A stretch of 57,732 nucleotides of DNA from Actinomycetota bacterium (GCA_041179725.1 JBEGSY010000047.1:1-57732), one strand, 5' to 3'; counted from the first letter of the stretch, positions 42,142 to 52,365 are shown. The notes: generated by a model from the sequence alone, not told the origin. A program made the numbers and translations.

Positions 42142-43130
42142 AAATGACAGCAAAACTTCCACGTGGACCATTTAAGGTGGGGGACCGCGTGCAACTCACC
42201 GGCCCTAAGGGTCGACTGAATACCATTACTCTGCAAAAGGGTGGCGCATTCGGCACACACCGCGGCGAATTGAAGCATGATGACATCATTGGCAAATCTG
42301 AAGGTTCAGTAATCTCAAACCACAACGGAATTGAATATTTAGCATTTCGTCCACTGCTAACTGATTTTGTTCTGTCGATGCCACGTGGCGCCAACATCAT
42401 CTACCCAAAAGACTCGGCACTAATTGTCACAATGGGTGACATTTTCCCTGGTGCAAAAGTAATAGAAGCAGGTGTTGGCTCGGGTGGACTTAGTATGTAC
42501 CTGCTACGTGCCATCGGGGAAGCCGGTTCTTTGGATTCCTTTGAAAGACGAGCCGAGTTTGCAGAAATCGCAAAAGCCAATGTTGTTACCCAATTAGGTT
42601 ATGAACCAAAAAACTGGAACATTCATATTGGCGATCTCCAGGAGCGCCTTCCACAAGTTGTTGCAACCCATGAGGCAGATCGAGTTGTCTTGGACATGTT
42701 GGCACCGTGGGAGTGCGTCGAAGAAACTGCAGAAGCATTAGTTCCCGGAGGACTAGTAATTGGCTATGTGGCCACGGTCACACAGCTTTCAAGATTCACT
42801 GAGGCACTCCGTGACTCTGGTCATTTTGCTGAACCCGAAGCATTCGAAACCTTATTCCGCACATGGCACCTTCAAGGCCTTGCGGTCCGACCAGATCACA
42901 GAATGATTGGGCACACCGGATTTTTGGTTATTGCTCGAAGATTGGCTCCGGACACGATCGTGCCGAAGTTCAAGGGTAAGCAAAAACCGGAATTCAGCGA
43001 TGAGGACATTTCGGCATGGAATCCTGATCACCTGGGTGAGCGCACCGTAAGCGCGAAGAAGCTGAGGAAATCCATAAGAAACGCTAACTCGGCAGCAGAA
43101 GCACGTCTAGATCAAGAAGACCAGATCTAG
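42138..43130 (+). CDS. trmI: tRNA (adenine58-N1)-methyltransferase
   Basis: MPRGANIIYPKD, EAGVGSG, LDMLAPW and VRPDHRMIGHTGF motifs. Confidence 0.95.
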   Translation: MKMTAKLPRGPFKVGDRVQLTGPKGRLNTITLQKGGAFGTHRGELKHDDIIGKSEGSVISNHNGIEYLAFRPLLTDFVLSMPRGANIIYPKDSALIVTMGDIFPGAKVIEAGVGSGGLSMYLLRAIGEAGSLDSFERRAEFAEIAKANVVTQLGYEPKNWNIHIGDLQERLPQVVATHEADRVVLDMLAPWECVEETAEALVPGGLVIGYVATVTQLSRFTEALRDSGHFAEPEAFETLFRTWHLQGLAVRPDHRMIGHTGFLVIARRLAPDTIVPKFKGKQKPEFSDEDISAWNPDHLGERTVSAKKLRKSIRNANSAAEARLDQEDQI

Positions 43131-43132
43131 AC

Positions 43133-44101
43133 TTGACGCAGTTAACGAAAGTAGTTCCATTGCGCAAATTAATCGCCATATTCACAAGTCTTTTGCTGTT
43201 GCCAGTTTTGACAGCCTGTTCAGCAGAAGTAAAACCCTTTTGCGACCCGTACACAACTGGTACCGCGCTTGACGATTTGAAGGTCTCAGGTTCTTATGGC
43301 GCAAAACCTGTCGTTGATTTTTCACAAGCCCTAAGTTCGCAAGCTATCGAAACCAAGGTTATCTCTGAGGGATCTGGCCCAGTCATTGTGGGTAAGCAGT
43401 TCGTGAAATTTGATTACACGGTATTAAATGGCACAACCAAAGCGAAACTTGGTGAATCAAGCTATGACTCAACCGGTGGAGAAGCTCAATTCTTAACAGT
43501 GGGTAACCCTGTTGACATCTGTCACGGACTATCTGGAGTTACTGAGGGTTCACGTGTGGCAATGCTGATTCCTGCGGGAGTGGCTGCGCCTGAAGACACA
43601 GACACCATCAAAAAAACTGATTCGGTGCTATTCGTGTTAGACATCACCAAGGTTTATTTACAGGGAACCAGTACCGAAGCTAAACCAGCTAATAACGGTA
43701 TGCCCTCAGTCGTGTTCGCTCCTGATGGCACTCCAGGGGTAACCATGCCAAAGGCTTCGGCACCTACAGAGTTCAAATCGCAATTCTTCCTGGACGGATC
43801 GGGCGAGAAAGTCACCCTTGGCGATACGGTCACGCTGAATTACTCGGGTTTCCTCTGGGAATCTGGTTCGCTCTTTGACTCGTCCTGGGCAAATGGGCAA
43901 CCCCAACAATTCCAGGTAACCGAAGGTGGGCTAATTAGTGGTTTTGTGAAAGCGCTCGTTGGTTCCAAAGTCGGATCAAAAATGGTGGTCGTTATTCCTC
44001 CAGAGCTCGGTTACGGTGAACAGGGGAACGACACGATACCTGGGAATGCAACACTGGTATTCGTGATTGAAGTACTTGGAATAGATAAACCGGTCAAATA
44101 G
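43133..44101 (+). CDS. FKBP-type peptidyl-prolyl isomerase, two-domain lipoprotein
   Basis: LTAC lipobox; FDSSW, IPPELGYG and IPGNATLVF motifs. The start may be TTG 43160. Confidence 0.88.
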   Translation: MTQLTKVVPLRKLIAIFTSLLLLPVLTACSAEVKPFCDPYTTGTALDDLKVSGSYGAKPVVDFSQALSSQAIETKVISEGSGPVIVGKQFVKFDYTVLNGTTKAKLGESSYDSTGGEAQFLTVGNPVDICHGLSGVTEGSRVAMLIPAGVAAPEDTDTIKKTDSVLFVLDITKVYLQGTSTEAKPANNGMPSVVFAPDGTPGVTMPKASAPTEFKSQFFLDGSGEKVTLGDTVTLNYSGFLWESGSLFDSSWANGQPQQFQVTEGGLISGFVKALVGSKVGSKMVVVIPPELGYGEQGNDTIPGNATLVFVIEVLGIDKPVK

Positions 44102-44110
44102 CGGGGGACT

Positions 44111-45103
44111 ATGGCAAAAGCAGATACACAGGTTGAAAAGGGAGATGCTGCTGAGCGTCTACTCAACATCACGCTAGTTCTGCTCGCTTCCAGAAATGGC
44201 CTCACAAAAACCGAATTGTTCCAAGCAGTTCGAGAGTATCGACATGCCAACGAGAGCGGAAAAAGCTCAGCTTCAATTGAGAAGATGTTCGATCGCGACA
44301 AAGACATGCTTCGATCAAACGGAATTCAGCTTGAAACTTTCATCTTGCCCAGCGACGGCGATGATAATCAGCAAAGTCGATACATCATAAACCCAAGCGA
44401 ATTCTCATGGCCGAAGGGAATTAAAGTTACGGCCAAGCAACTTCAACTACTCAATCTCGCGTCTCAGGTATGGAGACATGCATCTTTATCGAGTGATGCA
44501 ACGTCTGGATTGGCTCGACTCCGAGCACTTGGAGTTGCAAATGAGCAAACTTCACTCGGCGGCTTTGCACCAAGAATAAAAACTAGCGAGAACAGTTTTT
44601 ATCCGCTAACCAATGCAATTTCCGAAAGAACTGAGATTTCGTTTGACTATCGCAAACCAGGACAAGACGAAGTGGTTAGACGAACAGTACAGCCTTGGAA
44701 ACTTCGAAATGTTTCAGGACAGTGGTTGCTGGTGTGTTGGGATGTAACTGCGGGTGATGTCCGAAACTTCATGCTTCGTCGAATCGTTGGAAGACTTAAG
44801 TTCACCGGCAACACTTTCGATAAAGTTCCTGACACGTCTATCGAAGATGCCGTCAAGTCGCTAGACGAACACATAAAAGGTCAAGTTGCCACACTCTCAA
44901 TAAAGCGTGACAGCATGGCATGGTTTCATTACGAAATCAGGTCGAATAGCGAATGGGAAGAAATTAAATTCCACTATATGGACCTTTGGCTGCTCGCCGA
45001 AGAGTTGCGAAGCTACGCCGGTGATTTCAAGGTTGTAGGACCTAAGGAACTCGAGGATGCCATACGAATCGGTTACGAAAAGGTGGCTGCAGACCATGGC
45101 TAA
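44111..45103 (+). CDS. pafB: HTH-WYL transcriptional regulator PafB
   Basis: ERLLNI...KMFDRDKDMLRSNGI N-terminus; WYL domain FDYRK...RTVQPW...WLLVCWD...RNFMLRRI; pafB-pafC-tatA synteny. Confidence 0.88.
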   Translation: MAKADTQVEKGDAAERLLNITLVLLASRNGLTKTELFQAVREYRHANESGKSSASIEKMFDRDKDMLRSNGIQLETFILPSDGDDNQQSRYIINPSEFSWPKGIKVTAKQLQLLNLASQVWRHASLSSDATSGLARLRALGVANEQTSLGGFAPRIKTSENSFYPLTNAISERTEISFDYRKPGQDEVVRRTVQPWKLRNVSGQWLLVCWDVTAGDVRNFMLRRIVGRLKFTGNTFDKVPDTSIEDAVKSLDEHIKGQVATLSIKRDSMAWFHYEIRSNSEWEEIKFHYMDLWLLAEELRSYAGDFKVVGPKELEDAIRIGYEKVAADHG

Positions 45104-46082
45104 AAACGCTAAACCAACAAGCCAAGAGCGCTTTAATTTCATCGCCTCTCTCATTGCATATGTAATTCACAACGACTATTCGACCATCAAAGAAGTTGCC
45201 GAGCACTTTGAAGTGTCGGAGGTTTACGTGCGTGAGGCAATTTCCACAATGGTGAACACAGCCTCACTTCGCCCAGAAATGGAAGAGACGTACTACATGT
45301 ACGACGAGGATGAGCTTGAAAAAGGAGTGATCCACCTTATTCAAACTGATGGTTTCGTCGAGGTGCCAAAACTTTCGGGACGCCAGGCTTCAGCGATTGC
45401 AGTGGGGCTGAACTACCTTAATTCACTTCCAAACTTCACAAATTCAGCCGAGATAGAAGAACTACTAAAGCTACTCGGGCAAGGATCGGCTAGCGATGCG
45501 GTGCAAATTATCGATTACAAACCGGGAACTATTGATGCTGACGCCGCTGTCATTAGACAAGCGATGATTAATGGAAATCGAATAAGTTGTGAATACATCA
45601 ATCAGCGTGGGGAAAAGAGCACACGAGAAATCGATCCGATACGCCTAGATCCGAATGGCGAACTTTGGTTCCTCAAAGGCTATTGCCTCAAGAATAAGGA
45701 ACTTAGAAACTTCAGACTTGACCACATGCGAGCTGCAACTGAACTAGATGTTCCGATCTCGGCAGAGGCGCGTGAAATAGGCAACGAAATCGAGGAGGAA
45801 TATGTCCCTTCCGAAACCGATGTCGAAGTAGTGATTGAGGTCGAACCTGAGGCATTTGGGCTGCTAACGGATTTTGGCGCAGAGATTGATGAAACTGAGT
45901 CAAAAACTGGAAAAACTCGAGCCACCATCAAAGTTGGCTACCTTCCAACCCTTGGACGAGTCATCAATCAGTACGGTGGAGCCGCTCGAGTCCTGGCCCC
46001 AGAGTCCGCTCGCAAGGCCGTGCGAAACTATGCACTTACAGCACTTGGGCGGCCACTGGATGAATCATTGAGCGAGGATTAA
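45096..46082 (+). CDS. pafC: HTH-WYL transcriptional regulator PafC
   Basis: HTH VAEHFEVSE; WYL domain REIDP...WFLKGYC...RNFRLD; C-terminal ARVLAP. Confidence 0.86.
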   Translation: MAKNAKPTSQERFNFIASLIAYVIHNDYSTIKEVAEHFEVSEVYVREAISTMVNTASLRPEMEETYYMYDEDELEKGVIHLIQTDGFVEVPKLSGRQASAIAVGLNYLNSLPNFTNSAEIEELLKLLGQGSASDAVQIIDYKPGTIDADAAVIRQAMINGNRISCEYINQRGEKSTREIDPIRLDPNGELWFLKGYCLKNKELRNFRLDHMRAATELDVPISAEAREIGNEIEEEYVPSETDVEVVIEVEPEAFGLLTDFGAEIDETESKTGKTRATIKVGYLPTLGRVINQYGGAARVLAPESARKAVRNYALTALGRPLDESLSED

Positions 46083-46417
46083 TGCCCAATTGGTTTTGGT
46101 GGGTACTTTGGCCAGTTCTTGTCGTTGGATCGATCGGCTTCCTTGGACATCTGGGATACGAACTTATTCAAAAAGCAGGAAGAGCTGCCAAAGCCCTTGA
46201 GGGCACGACTGAGCAAATCCAAAAACTCGCAAGTGCGCTGGAAAATCCGACCCAACTGCCTAAATTTGAGGGCAACCTGCTCGATAACCCAGCTGAACTA
46301 GCGGGGGAACATACGCGTAACCTTAAGAAACGCGAGGCTAAGCGTCTAGCCGAACAGCGTAGGCTTATAAATAAGTTAATTGACTATCGTTCCGATGAAA
46401 GCGAGTTCCTGCCATGA
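46082..46417 (+). CDS. Hypothetical single-TM membrane protein
   Basis: N-terminal TM followed by a helical tail; overlaps the pafC stop (TAATG) and the tatA start (ATGA). Confidence 0.75.
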   Translation: MPNWFWWVLWPVLVVGSIGFLGHLGYELIQKAGRAAKALEGTTEQIQKLASALENPTQLPKFEGNLLDNPAELAGEHTRNLKKREAKRLAEQRRLINKLIDYRSDESEFLP

Positions 46418-46593
46418 TTGGTACCCTCGAACGCCTTTGGCCAATCATTATCCTTATCGTGGTGCTGATTTGGGGCGGCCCTAAGCTCCCAGGTATGGCA
46501 AAGAACTTGGCCCAGTCGCTAAAAACCTTTAAAAAGGAAATCAAGGACGACGAGAAGACCTCTGACAAGAACAACGATTCCTCAAAGGAATAA
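46414..46593 (+). CDS. tatA: Twin-arginine translocase TatA (59 aa, absent from the ORF track)
   Basis: Hand translation gives MIGTLERLWPIIILIVVLIWGGPKLPGMAKNLAQSLKTFKKEIKDDEKTSDKNNDSSKE; it lies directly before tatC. Confidence 0.9.
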   Translation: MIGTLERLWPIIILIVVLIWGGPKLPGMAKNLAQSLKTFKKEIKDDEKTSDKNNDSSKE

Positions 46594-46605
46594 CGCCATC
46601 TAGCC

Positions 46606-47382
46606 ATGGCACGACGTAAAAATCCAGAAGCCACGATGAGCCTTCGTGGGCACCTTGGAGAACTTAGAAAAAGACTCTTTTGGTCAGCGTTGTTTTTCGC
46701 AGTTGCAACCGTTGCCGGATGGTATTTGTTTGATCCTGTTTTTGAAGCGCTACAAAAACCAATTGTCGATTTAGCGGCTTCAAAGGGCATAAACGCCACC
46801 ATCAACTTCAACTCTGTAGTTTCAGCATTTGATTTGCGCATGCAAATTTCTATGTTTATTGGGTTAATAATCTCAAGCCCATTTTGGCTATGGAACTTAT
46901 GGGCTTTTATTACGCCTGGTCTCAAGAAAAATGAACGCAAATACAGCTTGGGGTTTTTACTTACCTCATTTCCATTGTTTATCGGCGGCTGCTCTTTGGC
47001 CTGGTACTCGCTTCCAACTTTCGTAAAAGCCTTGCTGGCATTTACGCCGCAGGGGAGCGCCAATATAATCAGCGCGAGCGATTACATTTTGTTTTCATTA
47101 AGAATTCTTTTGGTATTCGGAATTGCATTCGTACTTCCTGTTGTACTTGTGTTGCTTAATTTTCTAGGCATTCTGAGCTCGATTTCCATTCGAAAATCGT
47201 GGCGAATAGCAATCTTCCTGAGTGCTCTGCTTGCGGCCATGGCTACGCCAACCGCAGATCCGATGTCGATGTTCTTCCTAATGATCCCGCTAATTGCACT
47301 GTTTTACCTTGCGGTAGGCATTTCTGCACTTCGAGACAAAACCCAAGCGCGCAAAATAAAGAGTGCAGAGATTGTCGAATGA
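46606..47382 (+). CDS. tatC: Twin-arginine translocase TatC
   Basis: MSLRGHLGELRKRL, WAFITPGL and ATPTADPMSM motifs. Confidence 0.95.
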   Translation: MARRKNPEATMSLRGHLGELRKRLFWSALFFAVATVAGWYLFDPVFEALQKPIVDLAASKGINATINFNSVVSAFDLRMQISMFIGLIISSPFWLWNLWAFITPGLKKNERKYSLGFLLTSFPLFIGGCSLAWYSLPTFVKALLAFTPQGSANIISASDYILFSLRILLVFGIAFVLPVVLVLLNFLGILSSISIRKSWRIAIFLSALLAAMATPTADPMSMFFLMIPLIALFYLAVGISALRDKTQARKIKSAEIVE

Positions 47383-49807
47383 ACTGACACCTGCTGAGCG
47401 GTTTGCCAGAGCGAAACAAAGCAGGAAAAACAGTGCGGTGATTGAATTCACCGAACTCTTGAACTTTCCACTAGACCCTTTTCAGGAACAAGCCTGCCAG
47501 GCCCTGTCCGAAGGCAACGGCGTACTTGTTGCTGCGCCTACCGGAGCTGGAAAAACGATAGTTGGAGAATTTGCCATCCACCTTGCTATTCAAGAACAGC
47601 AGAAGGTTTTTTACACTACTCCAATCAAGGCACTCAGCAATCAGAAGTATTTGGAGCTAGTAAATCGCTACGGTCAGGAGCGAGTGGGCTTGCTCACGGG
47701 AGACTCTAACCAAAATGCTGACGCCCAAATAGTTGTTATGACTACCGAGGTTTTGCGAAACATGATTTACGCAAACAGCAACAATCTGATCAGCCTTGGT
47801 TACGTTGTGATGGATGAAGTTCACTACCTTGCAGATAGGGCTAGGGGTGCTGTTTGGGAAGAAGTTATTCTTCATCTGCCAAAAGACGTGCGAATTGTTT
47901 CGCTGAGTGCAACAGTTTCCAATGCTGAGGAATTTGGTGCTTGGCTCGATGAGGTTCGTGGAAATACCAAAGTCATAGTCAGCGAACACAGACCGGTTCC
48001 TCTAAATCAACACGTACTTTTCGGTGATGAGTTATTGGAACTATTTGATGGACGATCCAATTCTGTAAATCCGGAACTAACCCAGAAACACAACAACAAA
48101 CTTCGCCAACACACTGCTCGCCCAACAAGAGGGCGACGCGGTTACCCTGGTGCGCCTCGCGGAGAGAATGTCATCGCTAGGTTAAGCAAGCCTGAAATCG
48201 TGGATATCCTTGACGATGCCGATTTACTTCCGGCAATTTTCTTCATCTTCTCGAGAGCTGGTTGCGAAGCCGCTGTTAGAGCATGCATGCATTCTTCTAT
48301 TCGGTTGACTACAACCGAAGAGAAGCAAGAAATTCGACGCATTGTTGAAGAAAAGTGTTACAACATTGCAGATGAGGACCTAAATACTCTTGGCTATTTT
48401 GAATGGCTATCCGCACTCGAGCGTGGAGTTGCGGCACACCACGCCGGAATGCTTCCGGCTTTCAAAGAAGTCGTTGAGGAGTTATTCCTTAAGAAATTGG
48501 TCCGTGTGGTATTTGCCACAGAAACACTTTCACTTGGTATCAACATGCCTGCAAGAACCGTGGTACTTGAGCGCTTAGACAAGTTCAATGGTGAGGGTCG
48601 GGTGCAAATCACTCCAGGGGAGTACACCCAATACACGGGTCGTGCCGGTCGCAGAGGAATTGATACCGAAGGACATTCGGTTATCCAGTGGGGCGCAAAT
48701 CTGGACCCAAATACCGTCGCCGGCCTAGCCAGCAAGCGCACCTACCCGCTAATCAGTTCATTTAGGCCGACCCACAACATGGCCGTTAATCTCGTAGAAG
48801 CCTTTGGGCGCGAACGCGCACGTGAAGTGCTCGAAACTTCCTTCGCGCAATTTCAAGCAGACAGATCTGTGGTTGGTCTCGCCCGTGGACTAAGAGAGAA
48901 ACAGGAAACCTTAAACGGTTACGCCGACGCAATTAAGTGCCACCTCGGTGATTTTATGAAATATGCCTCCATGCGTAGGGAGATTTCGGACCTCGAAAAA
49001 GAATTTGCTTCGTCTCGGATTCGCGCTGAACGCGGGAAAGACATTAGAACAAGCAAGGGGCGCCATGAGAAAGAGCGCCACCTGAATCAGTTGAAGAAAA
49101 ACATCAAGCACCATCCATGTCATAACTGCAATGACCGAGAAGCACACGCTAGATGGGCAGAGCGTTACTTCAAACTCAAACGGGAGCTAGACGCGTCCCT
49201 GAGTCAAATCGAAGGTAGAACTAATCAAGTTGCCCGAACCTTTGATCGGCTTTGCACTCTGCTTGAGGAACTTGAGTACATTGAAACACGCGGTGAAGAC
49301 ACGGTAGTTCTTGATCCCGGAAAACGATTGGCTCGTATTTATGGGGATCGCGATTTGCTAATTTCCGAAGCCATTCGACATGGGATTTGGAATGATCTTG
49401 ATGCGTCCGGTTTGGCTGCAATGGCTGCGGCGATGGTTTATGAAGCTAGACGAGATGATGAACAAGAACTTCGTATGCCAAAAGGTAATTTCACTGACTT
49501 CGCTGAAAGAACCGCAGATTTATGGTGGGAGCTCGAATCACTCTCCAAGAAACATAAACTTCCCACTACCAACGGTCTCGATTTTTCCATCAGCTACGCA
49601 TTTCATAGGTGGGCATCCGGAGCCAAATTAGAACAGGTCTTAGACATAGCAGACTTACTGCCGGGAGATTTCATCCGATGGGCAAAGCAGGTTATTGATG
49701 CGCTAGATCAAATTGCACAAAATACCGAAGGAAAACTCTCAGAGACCGCTAAAAATGCAATCGACCAAGTGAAGCGAGGAATTGTTGCGTACAGTTTCTA
49801 CGGCTAA
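47372..49807 (+). CDS. helY: Ski2-like DEAD/DEAH RNA helicase HelY
   Basis: APTGAGKT, PIKALSNQK, DEVHY, LSAT, HHAGMLP and GRAGRRG motifs; follows tatC. Start is approximate. Confidence 0.9.
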   Translation: MSNELTPAERFARAKQSRKNSAVIEFTELLNFPLDPFQEQACQALSEGNGVLVAAPTGAGKTIVGEFAIHLAIQEQQKVFYTTPIKALSNQKYLELVNRYGQERVGLLTGDSNQNADAQIVVMTTEVLRNMIYANSNNLISLGYVVMDEVHYLADRARGAVWEEVILHLPKDVRIVSLSATVSNAEEFGAWLDEVRGNTKVIVSEHRPVPLNQHVLFGDELLELFDGRSNSVNPELTQKHNNKLRQHTARPTRGRRGYPGAPRGENVIARLSKPEIVDILDDADLLPAIFFIFSRAGCEAAVRACMHSSIRLTTTEEKQEIRRIVEEKCYNIADEDLNTLGYFEWLSALERGVAAHHAGMLPAFKEVVEELFLKKLVRVVFATETLSLGINMPARTVVLERLDKFNGEGRVQITPGEYTQYTGRAGRRGIDTEGHSVIQWGANLDPNTVAGLASKRTYPLISSFRPTHNMAVNLVEAFGRERAREVLETSFAQFQADRSVVGLARGLREKQETLNGYADAIKCHLGDFMKYASMRREISDLEKEFASSRIRAERGKDIRTSKGRHEKERHLNQLKKNIKHHPCHNCNDREAHARWAERYFKLKRELDASLSQIEGRTNQVARTFDRLCTLLEELEYIETRGEDTVVLDPGKRLARIYGDRDLLISEAIRHGIWNDLDASGLAAMAAAMVYEARRDDEQELRMPKGNFTDFAERTADLWWELESLSKKHKLPTTNGLDFSISYAFHRWASGAKLEQVLDIADLLPGDFIRWAKQVIDALDQIAQNTEGKLSETAKNAIDQVKRGIVAYSFYG

Positions 49808-51299
49808 AAGCACTTTGATTCTCGGCTTGTTCGGTCTTGCCGGTGGGTTGATTTCATCGATGGCTTACCCAGATAACTCAATCTGGATAGCGATTTTCCC
49901 TGCGACGGCGTTGATGCTCTTCGCCATCGCCAAATCATCGGCAAAGCAGTCTGTTGTGGTCGGCTTTGTATCGGGATTTACTTTTTATGCATCACAGATT
50001 CCTTGGATGACGGTGTACCTCGGTCCGGTACCGTGGCTAGCGCTTTCTACCCTGGAAGCCGTAATTTTCGCAGCTGGAGCCTGGGCGATTAATCGGTTCT
50101 GGAACACCCGAAGAACTCAATCTCCTCTTTTGATCGCGACCGGAGTTGCAACCCTTTGGGTGGCACGCGAATGGTTGGCCTGCAATTTTCCATACGGTGG
50201 CTTTCCATGGTCACGTCTTGCGCTATCTCAATCAAACTCACCTTTGGCCAATTGGGTTTACTGGGGTGGCATTTCGTGGCTTAGCTTTGTAATTGTTTTT
50301 GCTACAGCCTTGGTGATGTTAACTTGGCATTCCAAATTGAAGCCAACCAATTGGGCGACTAGCCCCGTAGCAATAATTCTGGTCCTTATTTTCCTAGTGC
50401 CACAATTGACTCCCACATCCCAACACAGCAGATCTGGCTCATTAGATGTCGCCGCTGTTCAAGGGAATGCAAATGCAGGATTATTTGCTAATCCATCGCC
50501 TGGCAGTATTTTGAATAATCATCTGTCAGCTTCTAAGCAATTACTAAATGACAATCAAAAACCCGATGTAGTTGTCTGGCCAGAGAACGCGGCGGACCAG
50601 AACCCACTTAGTCAAGGCACTGCAAAAGCCCAGGTTCGAAATTTCGTAGATCAAGTTGATGCACCACTAATTTTCGGAACTATCACGTCGCGCGGTAGTG
50701 AAATCTATAACAGCTCAATACTTTGGCTTCCAAAAATCGGTCCGGTCGATTGGTATGACAAGAAGCGACCAGTAGCCTTTGGCGAATATGTTCCTGACCG
50801 CGCATTCTTCCGTCTACTAGCTCCGGACCTCATTGATCTGATTCCTCGCGGATACAGTTTTGGCACGCGCGACGGAATATTTGAAATACCTAAGCTGGCC
50901 ACAAAGCTAGGCACCATGATCTGCTTCGAAGTGGCCGTTGACGACATCACTCGAGACCTTGTGCAACAAGGCGCTGAACTGCTAATTGTTCAAACCAATA
51001 ACTCGGATTTTGGCACCACCAACGAATCTGCTCAGCAACTAGCCATCGCGAAACTTCGTGCCATAGAGAGTGGGAGAGTAGTGGTAAATATCTCTACCGT
51101 TGGGCTTTCCGCAATTGTTTTACCAACAGGTGAAGTGGTTGATTCACTTGAAGCGTACAAACCAGGATTGATGCGTCAGCAACTCGACCTATTATTGGAT
51201 AAAACTCCGGCGATGATTTTTGGCAGCCCGATTGACTTGATCATCAATTTTGCTGCGCTTGGAATTATTCTTTCTACAGTGCGACGGGGGCGTAGATGA
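49782..51299 (+). CDS. lnt: Apolipoprotein N-acyltransferase
   Basis: PYGGFPW, VQGN, WPEN, YDK...FGEYVP and ICFE motifs. Confidence 0.94.
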   Translation: MLRTVSTAKSTLILGLFGLAGGLISSMAYPDNSIWIAIFPATALMLFAIAKSSAKQSVVVGFVSGFTFYASQIPWMTVYLGPVPWLALSTLEAVIFAAGAWAINRFWNTRRTQSPLLIATGVATLWVAREWLACNFPYGGFPWSRLALSQSNSPLANWVYWGGISWLSFVIVFATALVMLTWHSKLKPTNWATSPVAIILVLIFLVPQLTPTSQHSRSGSLDVAAVQGNANAGLFANPSPGSILNNHLSASKQLLNDNQKPDVVVWPENAADQNPLSQGTAKAQVRNFVDQVDAPLIFGTITSRGSEIYNSSILWLPKIGPVDWYDKKRPVAFGEYVPDRAFFRLLAPDLIDLIPRGYSFGTRDGIFEIPKLATKLGTMICFEVAVDDITRDLVQQGAELLIVQTNNSDFGTTNESAQQLAIAKLRAIESGRVVVNISTVGLSAIVLPTGEVVDSLEAYKPGLMRQQLDLLLDKTPAMIFGSPIDLIINFAALGIILSTVRRGRR

Positions 51300-52006
51300 C
51301 TAGCAATTATCTAGTGATAATGCCCACTTACAACGAGAAAGAAAATTTGGCGCATTCAATTGCTGAACTTTTCAAGCACAATCCTTCAGTTGACCTACTA
51401 GTCGTAGATGACGCCAGTCCGGATGGAACTGGTCAATTGGCCGATCAGATTGCTCAAACTAATAAACAAATTTCAGTGCTGCATCGTTCAAGTAAGGAGG
51501 GCTTGGGTCCTGCTTACCTGGCGGGCTTCGACTATGGACTGCGCCACGGCTACAAATTTCTTGTGGAAATGGATGCTGACGGCAGCCATAGAGCGGTCGA
51601 CCTTCAGCGATTGATTTCAGTAAGTACGTCCGCCGACTTGGTGATCGGTTCGCGCTGGGTTTCTGGTGGTTCCGTCGTGAACTGGCCAATGTTGAGAAAA
51701 TTAATTTCAAAGTTGGGAAATCTATACACGCGGTTGTTACTCCGCAGCAATGTCCGAGACATGACTGCTGGCTTCAGGATTTATCGGTCTGAGTTACTGC
51801 AAAAACTAGATCTCACTAATGTCGCATCTCATGGTTATTCATTTCAGGTTGAAATGGCGTGGAGAAGTATTCAGGCGAAAGCGCAAATTATTGAAGTGCC
51901 TATCACTTTTGTTGAACGCGAACAAGGCGTATCAAAAATGACAGGAGCAATTGTTGCTGAAGCACTTTGGTTAGTAACTAAGTGGGGGATTTCTAGAAAA
52001 CTCTAG
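51296..52006 (+). CDS. ppm1: Polyprenol monophosphomannose synthase
   Basis: PTYNE, VDDASPDGT, EMDADGSH and GYSFQVE motifs; follows lnt. Confidence 0.9.
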   Translation: MTSNYLVIMPTYNEKENLAHSIAELFKHNPSVDLLVVDDASPDGTGQLADQIAQTNKQISVLHRSSKEGLGPAYLAGFDYGLRHGYKFLVEMDADGSHRAVDLQRLISVSTSADLVIGSRWVSGGSVVNWPMLRKLISKLGNLYTRLLLRSNVRDMTAGFRIYRSELLQKLDLTNVASHGYSFQVEMAWRSIQAKAQIIEVPITFVEREQGVSKMTGAIVAEALWLVTKWGISRKL

Positions 52007-52365
52007 ATTTCAGCCTTGCCAGTTGCACGACGTGCCTTGATATAGTCGATGCGTTCCTGAAGAATTTCTTCTAGCTCTTCCTTAGTGCGACGCTCAAGGA
52101 GCATCTCCCAATGACTTCGACCAGGACGATCGTGTGTTATTTCTAGCTCAACAAACTTTCCGTCCTTAACTAGTGCGGCTTCTTCTGAGCATTGACGGCA
52201 CTGCCAAATCTCAGGAACTTCTGCGTCAGCTGCAAAAACTAGTTCAGTTGTGTGCCCATTGCCACATCGATAGGAAAACTTTTGGCGATCAACAAAGTTG
52301 ACACCAACCTCATTTTCCAGACTTTGTGCGCCAAGTCGCATACCGCGCATTGTTGATTCGGACAT
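52003..52365 (-). CDS. rbpA: RNA polymerase-binding protein RbpA
   Basis: MRGMRLGAQSLE, F-x2-DAEVP-x2-W-x-C and RSHWEMLLERRT motifs; convergent with ppm1, as in mycobacteria. Confidence 0.93.
   Translation of the reverse strand: MSESTMRGMRLGAQSLENEVGVNFVDRQKFSYRCGNGHTTELVFAADAEVPEIWQCRQCSEEAALVKDGKFVELEITHDRPGRSHWEMLLERRTKEELEEILQERIDYIKARRATGKAEI

Noticed and set aside
44111-49807. WYL pair plus Ski2-like helicase as a novel defence system
   Set aside because: Sequence and the pafB-pafC-tatA-tatC-helY-lnt-ppm1 synteny match the standard actinobacterial core locus.
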